Made by a program: the position numbers and the translations under genes. This document shows, in pieces, positions 39,801 to 51,800 of a stretch of DNA of 53,381 nt. The notes beneath the pieces are model-generated. The model did no database searches and was not told where the DNA came from. It worked only from the letters and a program-made list of their open reading frames with translations. This stretch comes from Utricularia gibba (Eukaryota > Plantae > Magnoliophyta), in the NCBI GenBank assembly GCA_002189035.1, contig NEEC01000244.1:1-53381 (forward strand), in the 5' to 3' direction. The stretch's first letter is position 1. Each line of letters opens with the position of its first letter.

Positions 39801-42800
39801 TCATGACATCCTAACTTCAAAAAATGCACGATTTTCGTCGAATAGGACCCGATTGGCTCAGGAGTCGAACCGAACCTTGGGTCCGGACGAACTTCCCAAC
39901 AAAGCACCCACCCAAAAACGACAAGCTTTTCCTTCAGAAACCATGTAGGCAGCTGCCGAAAACCCAACGTTAATAAATGGATCACTTTTTTTGCCGGGCT
40001 ACAAATGACTATGGGCCCGAGCCCGACCCGACCTCCGGCCCGATCCGGTGCCCTCGAGAGCGCCTCCTCAAATATAAAGCTTGTGGATGAGAAAACCATT
40101 TGGGGTGCTCATGACATCCTAACTTCAATAAATGCATCACGATTTTCGTCGAATAGGACCCGGATTGGGTCCGAACGAAGTTCCCAATGAAAGCACCACC
40201 AAAAACGACAAGCTTTTCCTTCAGAAACCATGTAGGCAGCTGCCGAAAACCCAACGTTAATAAATGGATCACTTTTTTTGCCGGGCTACAAATGACTATG
40301 GGCCCGAGTTCGACCCGACCTCCGGCCGATCCTAGTGCCCCTCGAGAGCGCCTCCTCAAATATAAAGCTTGTGGAGAAAACCATTTGGGGTGCTCATGAC
40401 ATCCTAACTTCAAAAAATGCATCACGATTTTCGTCGAATAGGACCCCGATTGGGCTCAGGAGTCGAACCGAACCTTGGGTCCGGACGAATTCCCAACGAA
40501 AGCACCCACCCAAAAACGACAAGCTTTTCCTTCAGAAACCATGTAGGCAGCTGCCGAAAACCCAACGTTAATAAATGGATCACTTTTTTTGCCGGGCTAC
40601 AAATGACTATGGGCCCGAGCCCGACCCGACCTCCGGCCGATCCTAGTGCCCCTCGAGAGCGCCTCCTCAAATATAAAGCTTGTGGACAAGAAAACCATTT
40701 GGGGTGCTCATGACATCCTAACTTCAAAAAATGCATCACGATTTTCGTCGAATAGGACCCCATTGGGCTCAGGAGTCGAACGAACCTTGGGTCCGGATGA
40801 ATTCCCAACGAAAGCACCACCCAAAAACGACAAGCTTTCCTTCAGAAACATGTAGGCAGCTGCCGAAAACCCAACGTTAATAAATGGATCACTTTTTTTG
40901 CCGGGCTACAAATGACTATGGGCCGAGCCCGACCCGACCTCCGGCCGATCCTAGTGCCCCTCGAGAGCGCCTCCTCAAATAAAAGCTTGTGGACAAGAAA
41001 ACCATTTGGGGTGCTCATGACATCCTAACTTCAAAAATGCATCACGATTTTCGTCGAATAGGACCCGATTGGGCTCAGGAGTCGAACCGAACCTTGGGTC
41101 CGGACGAACTTCCCAAAGCACCCACCCAAAAACGACAAGCTTTTCCTTCAGAAACCATGTAGGCAGCTGCCGAAAACCCAACGTTAATAAATGGATCACT
41201 TTTTTGCCGGGCTACAAATGACTATGGGCCCGAGCCGACCCGACCTCCGGCCCGATCCTAGTGCCCCTCGAGAGCGCCTCCTCAAATATAAAGCTTGTGG
41301 ATGAGAAAACCATTTGGGGTGCTCATGACATCCTAACTTCAAAAATGCATCACGATTTTCGTCGAATAGGACCGATTGGGTCCGAACGAAGTTCCCAAAA
41401 AGCACCACCAAAAACGACAAGCTTTTCCTTCAGAAACCATGTAGGCAGCTGCCGAAAACCCAACGTTAATAAATGGATCACTTTTTTGCCGGGCTACAAA
41501 TGACTATGGGCCGAGGACCGACCTCCGGCCCGATCCTAGTGCCCCTCGAGAGCGCCTCCTCAAATATAAAGCTTGTGGAGAAAACCATTTGGGGTGCTCA
41601 TGACATCCTAACTTCAAAAATGCATCACGATTTTCGTCGAATAGGACCCGATTGGGCTCAGGAGTCGAACGAACCTTGGGTCCGGATGAATTTCCCAACG
41701 AAAGCACCCACCAAAAACGACAAGCTTTTCCTTCAGAAACCATGTAGGCAGCTGCCGAAAACCCAACGTTAATAAATGGATCTTTTTTTGCCGGGCTACA
41801 AATGACTATGGGCCCGAGCCCGACCGACCTCCGGCCGATCCTAGTGCCCCTCGAGAGCGCCTCCTCAAATATAAAGCTTGTGGACAAGAAAACCATTTGG
41901 GGTGCTCATGACATCCTAACTTCAAAAATGCATCACGATTTTCGTCGAATAGGACCCGATTGGGCTCAGGAGTCGAACGAACCTTGGGTCCGGATGAACT
42001 TCCCAACGAAAGCACCCACCAAAAACGACAAGCTTTTCCTTCAGAAACCATGTAGGCAGCTGCCGAAAACCCAACGTTAATAAATGGATCATTTTTTTGC
42101 CGGGCTACAAATGACTATGGGCCGAGTTCGACCGACCTCCGGCCGATCCTAGTGCCCCTCGAGAGCGCCTCCTCAAATATAAAGCTTGTGGAGAAAACCA
42201 TTTGGGGTGCTCATGACATCCTAACTTCAAAAATGCATCACGATTTTCGTCGAATAGGACCCGATTGGGCTCAGGAGTCGAACCGAACCTTGGGTCCGGA
42301 CGAATTCCAACAAAGCACCCACCCAAAAACGACAAGCTTTTCCTTCAGAAACCATGTAGGCAGCTGCCGAAAACCCAACGTTAATAAATGGATCACTTTT
42401 TTTGCCGGGCTACAAATGACTATGGGCCCGAGCCCGACCCGACCTCCGGCCCGATCCGGTGCCCTCGAGCGCCTCCTCAAATATAAAGCTTGTGGATGAG
42501 AAAACCATTTGGGTGCTCATGACATCCTAACTTCAAAATGCATCACGATTTTCGTCGAATAGGACCGATTGGGTCGAACGAAGTTCCCAACGAAAGCACC
42601 CACCAAAAACGACAAGCTTTTCCTTCAGAAACCATGTAGGCAGCTGCCGAAAACCCAACGTTAATAAATGGATCACTTTTTTTGCCGGGCTACAAATGAC
42701 TATGGGCCGAGCCCGACCCGACCTCCGGCCGATCCTAGTGCCCCTCGAGAGCGCCTCCTCAAAATAAAGCTTGTGGAGAAAACCATTTGGGTGCTCATGA

Positions 42801-44149
42801 CATCCTAACTTCAAAAAATGCATCACGATTTTCGTCGAATAGGACCCATTGGCTCAGGAGTCGAACCGAACCTTGGGTCCGGACGAATTCCAACAAAGCA
42901 CCCACCCAAAAACGACAAGCTTTTCCTTCAGAAACATGTAGGCAGCTGCCGAAAACCCAACGTTAATAAATGGATCACTTTTTTGCCGGGCTACAAATGA
43001 CTATGGGCCCGAGCCGACCCGACCTCCGGCCGATCCTGGTGCCCCTCGAGAGCGCCTCCTCAAATATAAAGCTTGTGGACAAGAAAACCATTTGGGTGCT
43101 CATGACATCCTAACTTCAAAAAATGCATCACGATTTTCGTCGAATAGGACCCCATTGGGCTCAGGAGTCGAACCGAACCTTGGGTCCGGATGAATTCCCA
43201 ACGAAAGCACCCACCCAAAAACGACAAGCTTTTCCTTCAGAAACCATGTAGGCAGCTGCCGAACCCAACGTTAATAAATGGATCACTTTTTTGCCGGGCT
43301 ACAAATGACTATGGGCCGAGCCCGACCCGACCTCCGGCCCGATCCGTGCCCCTCGAGAGCGCCTCCTCAAATATAAAGCTTGTGGATGAGAAAACCATTT
43401 GGGGTGCTCATGACATCCTAACTTCAAAAATGCATCACGATTTTCGTCGAATAGGACCGATTGGGCCGAACGAAGTTCCAAAAAGCACCCCCAAAAACGA
43501 CAAGCTTTTCCTTCAGAAACCATGTAGGCAGCTGCCGAAAACCCAACGTTAATAAATGGATCACTTTTTTTGCCGGGCTACAAATGACTATGGGCCGAGC
43601 GACCGACCTCCGGCCCGATCCTAGTGCCCCTCGAGAGCGCCTCCTCAAATATAAAGCTTGTGGAGAAAACCATTTGGGGTGCTCATGACATCCTAACTTC
43701 AAAAAATGCATCACGATTTTCGTCGAATAGGACCCGATTGGGCTCAGGAGTCGAACCGAACCTTGGGTCCGGACGAATTCCCAACAAAAGCACCCACCCA
43801 AAAACGACAAGCTTTTCCTTCAGAAACCATGTAGGCAGCTGCCGAAAACCCAACGTTAATAAATGGATCACTTTTTTTGCCGGGCTACAAATGACTATGG
43901 GCCCGAGCCCGACCCGACCTCCGGCCCGATCCTGGTGCCCCTCGAGAGCGCCTCCTCAAATATAAAGCTTGTGGACAAGAAAACCATTTGGGGTGCTCAT
44001 GACATCCTAACTTCAAAAAATGCATCACGATTTTCGTCGAATAGGACCCATTGGGTCCGAACGAAGGCTCCCAAAAAGCACCCACCAAAAACGACAAGCT
44101 TTTCCTTCAGAAACCATGTAGGCAGCTGCCGAAAACCCAACGTTAATAA
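30848..44149. repeat. Zone containing nine short (277-287 bp) monomers that lack ~25 bp of subunit B
   Basis: Short monomers start at 30848, 33279, 36332, 38773, 39977, 41191, 42388, 43278 and 43863. The cleanest junctions read GATTGGGTCCGAACGAAGTT. Confidence 0.85.
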
Positions 44150-44455
44150 ATGGATCACTTTTTTGCCGGGCTACAAATGACTATGGGCCCGAGCCCGACC
44201 CGACCTCCGGCCCGATCCTAGTGCCCTCGAGAGCGCCTCCTCAAATATAAAGCTTGTGGACAGAAAACCATTTGGGGTGCCATGACATCCTAACTTCAAA
44301 AATGCATCACGATTTTCGTCGAATAGGACCCATTGGGCTCAGGAGTCGAACCGACCTTGGGTCCGGACGAATTCCCAACAAAGCACCCACCCAAAAACGA
44401 CAAGCTTTTCCTTCAGAAACCATGTAGGCAGCTGCCGAAAACCCAACGTTAATAA

Positions 44456-44806
44456 ATGGATCACTTTTTTTGCCGGGCTACAAATGACTATGGGCCGAGC
44501 CCGACCTACACCTCCGGCCCGACTATGGGCCCCGATCCGAGACCGACCTCCTCAAATATAAAGCCTTGTGCCCTCGAGAATCCTCCTCAAATATAAAGCT
44601 TGTGGACAAGAAAACCATTTGGGGTGCTCATGACATCCTAACTTCAAAAAATGCATCACGATTTTCGTCGAATAGGACCCCATTGGGCTCAGGAGTCGAA
44701 CCGAACCTTGGTCCGGACGAATTCCCAACAAAAGCACCCACCCAAAAACGACAAGCTTTTCCTTCAGAAACCATGTAGGCAGCTGCCGAAAACCCAACGT
44801 TAATAA
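44456..44806. other. Aberrant 351-bp monomer with a ~40-bp internal mosaic of monomer fragments (rearrangement or sequence artefact)
   Basis: 44501-44600 carries an extra GACTATGGGCCC and a second CCTCCTCAAATATAAAGC. Confidence 0.6.
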
Positions 44807-45417
44807 ATGGATCACTTTTTTTGCCGGGCTACAAATGACTATGGGCCGAGCCGACCCGACCTCCGGCCGATCCTGGTGCCCCTCGAGAGCGCCTCCTCAA
44901 ATATAAAGCTTGTGGAAAGAAAACCATTTGGGGTGCTCATGACATCCTAACTTCAAAAAATGCATCACGATTTTCGTCGAATAGGACCCATTGGGCTCAG
45001 GAGTCGAACCGAACCTTGGGTCCGGATGAATTCCAACAAAGCACCCACCCAAAAACGACAAGCTTTTCCTTCAGAAACCATGTAGGCAGCTGCCGAAAAC
45101 CCAACGTTAATAAATGGATCACTTTTTTGCCGGGCTACAAATGACTATGGGCCGAGCCCGACCTGACCTCCGGCCCGATCCTGGTGCCCCTCGAGAGCGC
45201 CTCCTCAAATATAAAGCTTGTGGAGAGAAAACCATTTGGGGTGCTCATGACATCCTAACTTCAAAAATGCATCACGATTTTCGTCGAATAGGACCCGATT
45301 GGGCTCAGGAGTCGAACGAACCTTGGGTCCGGACTTCCAACAAAGCACCCACCCAAAAACGACAAGCTTTTCCTTCAGAAACCATGTAGGCAGCTGCCGA
45401 AAACCCAACGTTAATAA

Positions 45418-45895
45418 ATGGATCACTTTTTTTGCCGGGCTACAAATGACTATGGGCCCGAGCCCGACCGACCTCCGGCCCGATCCTAGTGCCCCTCGAG
45501 AGCGCCTCCTCAAATATAAAGCTTGTGGAGAAAACCATTTGGGGTGCTCATGACATCCTAACTTCAAAAAATGATTTTCGTCGAAATAGGACCCGATTGG
45601 GCGGATTTTCGGATCGAATTTTCCTTCAGAAACATGTAGGCAGTGCCGAAAACCCAACGTTAATAAATGGATCATTTTTTTGCCGGGCTACAAATGACTA
45701 TGGGGCCGAGTTCGAACCGGCCGATCCTACCTTGGGTTTGGGTGCCATGACATCCTAACTTCAAAAATGCATCACGATTTTCGTCGAATAGGACCCCATT
45801 GGGCCAACGAACAACCTTGCACGAATCCCCAAAAAAACGACAAGCTTTTCCTTCAGAAACCATGTAGGCAGCTGCCGAAAACCCAACGTTAATAA
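45418..45895. other. Two consecutive truncated, scrambled monomers (249 and 229 bp; rearrangement or sequence artefact)
   Basis: Anchors are at 45418, 45667 and 45896. The expected blocks GACAAGC (first monomer) and CCCTCGAGAGCG...GAGAAAACC (second monomer) are missing. Confidence 0.6.
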
Positions 45896-48800
45896 ATGGA
45901 TCACTTTTTTGCCGGGCTACAAATGACTATGGGCCCGAGCCCGACCGACCTCCGGCCCGATCCTGGTGCCCCTCGAGAGCGCCTCCTCAAATATAAAGCT
46001 TGTGGATGAGAAAACCATTTGGGGTGCTCATGACATCCTAACTTCAATAAATGCATCACGATTTTCGTCGAATAGGACCCGATTGGGCTCAGGAGTCGAA
46101 CGAACCTTGGGTCCGGATGAACTTCCAACAAAGCACCCACCCAAAAACGACAAGCTTTTCCTTCAGAAACATGTAGGCAGCTGCCGAAAACCCAACGTTA
46201 ATAAATGGATCACTTTTTTTGCCGGGCTACAAATGACTATGGGCCCGAGTTCGACCGACCTCCGGCCGATCCTAGTGCCCCTCGAGAGCGCCTCCTCAAA
46301 TAAAAAGCTGTGGTTGAGAAAACCATTTGGGGTGCTCATGACATCCTAACTTCAAAAAAATGCATCACGATTTTCGTCGAATAGGACCCGATTGGGCTCA
46401 GGAGTCGAACCGAACCTTGGGTCCGGACGAATTCCCAAAAAGCACCCACCCAAAAACGACAAGCTTTTCCTTCAGAAACCATGTAGGCAGCTGCCGAAAA
46501 CCCAACGTTAATAAATGGATCACTTTTTTTGCCGGGCTACAAATGACTATGGGCCCGAGTCGATGACCTCCGGCCCGATCCTAGTGCCCCTCGAGAGCGC
46601 CTCCTCAAATAAAAAGCTTGTGTTGAGAAAACCATTTGGGGTGCTCATGACATCCTAACTTCAAAAAATGCATCACGATTTTCGTCGAATAGGACCCGAT
46701 TGGGCTCAGGAGTCGAACCGAACCTTGGGTCCGGACGAAGTTCCAACAAAGCACCCACCCAAAAACGACAAGCTTTTCCTTCAGAAACCATGTAGGCAGC
46801 TGCCGAAAACCCAACGTTAATAAATGGATCACTTTTTTGCCGGGCTACAAATGACTATGGGGCCGAGCCCGACCTGACCTCCGGCCCGATCCTAGTGCCC
46901 CTCGAGAGCGCCTCCTCAAATATAAAGCTTGTGGAGAAAACCATTTGGGTGCTCATGACATCCTAACTTCAAAAAATGCATCACGATTTTCGTCGAATAG
47001 GACCCCATTGGGCTCAGGAGTCGAACCGAACCTTGGGTCCGGACGAAGTTCCCAACAAAAGCACCCACCCAAAAACGACAAGCTTTTCCTTCAGAAACCA
47101 TGTAGGCAGCTGCCGAAAACCCAACGTTAATAAATGGATCACTTTTTTTGCCGGGCTACAAATGACTATGGGCCCGAGCCCGACCGACCTCCGGCCCGAT
47201 CCGTGCCCCTCGAGAGCGCCTCCTCAAATATAAAGCTTGTGGATGAGAAAACCATTTGGGGTGCTCATGACATCCTAACTTCAATAAATGCATCACGATT
47301 TTCGTCGAATAGGACCCGATTGGCTCAGGAGTCGAACGAACCTTGGGTCCGGATGAACTTCCCAACAAAGCACCCACCCAAAAACGACAAGCTTTTCCTT
47401 CAGAAACATGTAGGCAGCTGCCGAAAACCCAACGTTAATAAATGGATCACTTTTTTTGCCGGGCTACAAATGACTATGGGCCCGAGTTCGACCCGACCTC
47501 CGGCCGATCCTAGTGCCCCTCGAGAGCGCCTCCTCAAATAAAAGCTTGTGGAGAAAACCATTTGGGTGCTCATGACATCCTAACTTCAAAAAATGCATCA
47601 CGATTTTCGTCGAATAGGACCCATTGGGCTCAGGAGTCGAACCGAACCTTGGGTCCGGACGAAGTTCCCAACAAAGCACCCACCCAAAAACGACAAGCTT
47701 TTCCTTCAGAAACCATGTAGGCAGCTGCCGAAAACCCAACGTTAATAAATGGATCACTTTTTTTGCCGGGCTACAAATGACTATGGGCCGAGCCCGACCT
47801 GACCTCCGGCCCGATCCCGGTGCCCCTCGAGAGCGCCTCCTCAAATATAAAGCTTGTGGATGAGAAAACCATTTGGGGTGCTCATGACATCCTAACTTCA
47901 AAAATGCATCACGATTTTCGTCGAATAGGACCCGATTGGGCTCAGGAGTCGAACGAACCTTGGGTCCGGATGAACTTCCCAACAAAGCACCCACCCAAAA
48001 ACGACAAGCTTTTCCTTCAGAAACATGTAGGCAGCTGCCGAAAACCCAACGTTAATAAATGGATCACTTTTTTTGCCGGCTACAAATGACTATGGGCCCG
48101 AGTTCGACCCGACCTCCGGCCGATCCTAGTGCCCTCGAGAGCGCCTCCTCAAATAAAAGCTTGTGGTTGAGAAAACCATTTGGGGTGCTCATGACATCCT
48201 AACTTCAAAAATGCATCACGATTTTCGTCGAATAGGACCCGATTGGGCTCAGGAGTCGAACCGAACCTTGGGTCCGGACGAAGTTCCCAAAAAGCACCCA
48301 CCCAAAAACGACAAGCTTTTCCTTCAGAAACCATGTAGGCAGCTGCCGAAAACCCAACGTTAATAAATGGATCACTTTTTTTGCCGGGCTACAAATGACT
48401 ATGGGCCCGAGATCGATATGACCTCCGGCCCGATCCTAGTGCCCCTCGAGAGCGCCTCCTCAAATAAAAAGCTTGTGGTTGAGAAAACCATTTGGGGTGC
48501 TCATGACATCCTAACTTCAAAAAATGCATCACGATTTTCGTCGAATAGGACCCGATTGGGCTCAGGAGTCGAACCGAACCTTGGGTCCGGACGAATTCCC
48601 AACAAAAGCACCCACCCAAAAACGACAAGCTTTTCCTTCAGAAACCATGTAGGCAGCTGCCGAAAACCCAACGTTAATAAATGGATCACTTTTTTTGCCG
48701 GGCTACAAATGACTATGGGCCCGAGCCCGACCCGACCTCCGGCCCGATCCTGGTGCCCCTCGAGAGCGCCTCCTCAAATATAAAGCTTGTGGATGAGAAA

Positions 48801-51800
48801 ACCATTTGGGGTGCTCATGACATCCTAACTTCAAAAATGCATCACGATTTTCGTCGAATAGGACCCGATTGGGCTCAGGAGTCGAACCGAACCTTGGGTC
48901 CGGACGAATTCCAACAACAGCACCCACCCAAAAACGACAAGCTTTTCCTTCAGAAACCATGTAGGCAGCTGCCGAAAACCCAACGTTAATAAATGGATCA
49001 CTTTTTTTGCCGGGCTACAAATGACTATGGGGCCGAGCCCGACCTGACCTCCGGCCCGATCCTAGTGCCCCTCGAGAGCGCCTCCTCAAATATAAAGCTT
49101 GTGGAAGAAAACCATTTGGGTGCTCATGACATCCTAACTTCAAAAAATGCATCACGATTTTCGTCGAATAGGACCCCATTGGGCTCAGAGTCGAACCGAA
49201 CCTTGGGTCCGGACGAATTCCCAACAAAAGCACCCCCCAAAAACGACAAGCTTTTCCTTCAGAAACCATGTAGGCAGCTGCCGAAAACCCAACGTTAATA
49301 AATGGATCACTTTTTTTGCCGGGCTACAAATGACTATGGGCCCGAGCCCGACCCGACCTCCGGCCCGATCCTGGTGCCCCTCGAGAGCGCCTCCTCAAAT
49401 ATAAAGCTTGTGGATGAGAAAACCATTTGGGGTGCTCATGACATCCTAACTTCAAAAATGCATCACGATTTCGTCGAATAGGACCCGATTGGGCTCAGGA
49501 GTCGAACCGAACCTTGGGTCCGGACGAACCAACAAAGCACCCACCAAAAACGACAAGCTTTTCCTTCAGAAACCATGTGGCAGCTGCCGAAAACCCAACG
49601 TTAATAAATGGATCACTTTTTTTGCCGGGCTACAAATGACTATGGGCCCGAGTTCGATGACCTCCGGCCCGATCCTAGTGCCCCTCGAGAGCGCCTCCTC
49701 AAATAAAAGCTTGTGGTTGAGAAAACCATTTGGGTGCTCATGACATCCTAACTTCAAAAAATGCATCACGATTTTCGTCGAATAGGACCCGATTGGCTCA
49801 GGAGTCGAACCGAACCTTGGGTCCGGACGAATTCCCAACAAAGCACCCCCCAAAAACGACAAGCTTTTCCTTCAGAAACCATGTAGGCAGCTGCCGAAAA
49901 CCCAACGTTAATAAATGGATCACATTTTTTGCCGGGCTACAAATGACTATGGGGCCGAGCCCGACCGACCTCGGCCCGATCCTAGTGCCCCTCGAGAGCG
50001 CCTCCTCAAATATAAAGCTTGTGGACAAGAAAACCATTTGGGTGCTCATGACATCCTAACTTCAAAAAATGCATCACGATTTTCGTCGAATAGGACCCCA
50101 TTGGGCTCAGGAGTCGAACCGAACCTTGGGTCCGGACGAAGTTCCCAACAAAAGCACCCACCCAAAAACGACAAGCTTTTCCTTCAGAAACCATGTAGGC
50201 AGCTGCCGAAAACCCAACGTTAATAAATGGATCACTTTTTTGCCGGGCTACAAATGACTATGGGCCCGAGCCCGACCGACCTCCGGCCCGATCCTAGTGC
50301 CCCTCGAGAGCGCCTCCTCAAATATAAAGCTTGTGGATGAGAAAACCATTTGGGTGCTCATGACATCCTAACTTCAAAAATGCATCACGATTTTCGTCGA
50401 ATAGGACCCGATGGGCTCAGGAGTCGAACGAACCTTGGGTCCGGACGAACTTCCCAACAAAGCACCCACCCAAAAACGACAAGCTTTTCCTTCAGAAACC
50501 ATGTAGGCAGCTGCCGAAAACCCAACGTTAATAAATGGATCACTTTTTTGCCGGGCTACAAATGACTATGGCCCGAGTTCGACCCGACCTCCGCCGATCC
50601 TAGTGCCCCTCGAGAGCGCCTCCTCAAATATAAAGCTTGTGGAGAAAACCATTTGGGTGCTCATGACATCCTAACTTCAATAAATGCATCACGATTTTCG
50701 TCGAATAGGACCCGATTGGCTCAGGAGTCGAACCGAACCTTGGTCCGGACGAACTTCCCAACAAAAGCACCCACCCAAAAACGACAAGCTTTTCCTTCAG
50801 AAACCATGTAGGCAGCTGCCGAAAAACCCAACGTTAATAAATGGATCACTTTTTTTTGCCGGGCTACAAATGACTATGGGCCCGAGCCCGACCTGACCTC
50901 CGGCCCGATCCTAGTGCCCCTCGAGAGCGCCTCCTCAAATATAAAGCTTGTGGATGAGAAAACCATTTGGGGTGCTCATGACATCCTAACTTAAAAATGC
51001 ATCACGATTTTCGTCGAATAGGACCCGATTGGCTCAGGAGTCGAACGAACCTTGGGTCCGGATGAATTCCAACAAAGCACCCACCCAAAAACGACAAGCT
51101 TTTCCTTCAGAAACCATGTAGGCAGCTGCCGAAAACCCAACGTTAATAAATGGATCACTTTTTTGCCGGGCTACAAATGACTATGGGCCCGAGTTCGACC
51201 CGACCTCCGGCCAGATCCTAGTGCCCCTCGAGAGCGCCTCCTCAAATAAAAAGCTTGTGGTTGAGAAAACCATTTGGGGTGCTCATGACATCCTAACTTC
51301 AAAAATGCATCACGATTTTCGTCGAATAGGACCGATTGGGCTCAGGAGTCGAACCGAACCTTGGGTCCGGACGAAGTTCCCAACAACAGCACCCCACCCA
51401 AAAACGACAAGCTTTTCCTTCAGAAACCATGTAGGCAGCTGCCGAAAACCCAACGTTAATAAATGGATCACTTTTTTTGCCGGGCTACAAATGACTATGG
51501 GCCCGAGCCGACGACCTCCGGCCCGATCCTAGTGCCCCTCGAGAGCGCCTCCTCAAATAAAAGCATGTGGTTGAGAAAACCATTTGGGGTGCTCATGACA
51601 TCCTAACTTCAAAAAATGCATCACGATTTTCGTCGAATAGGACCCGATTGGGCTCAGGAGTCGAACCGAAACTTGGGTCCGGACGAAGTTCCCAACAAAA
51701 GCACCCACCCAAAAACGACAAGCTTTTCCTTCAGAAACCATGTAGGCAGGTGCCGAAAACCCAACGTTAATAAATGGATCACTTTTTTTGCCGGGCTACA

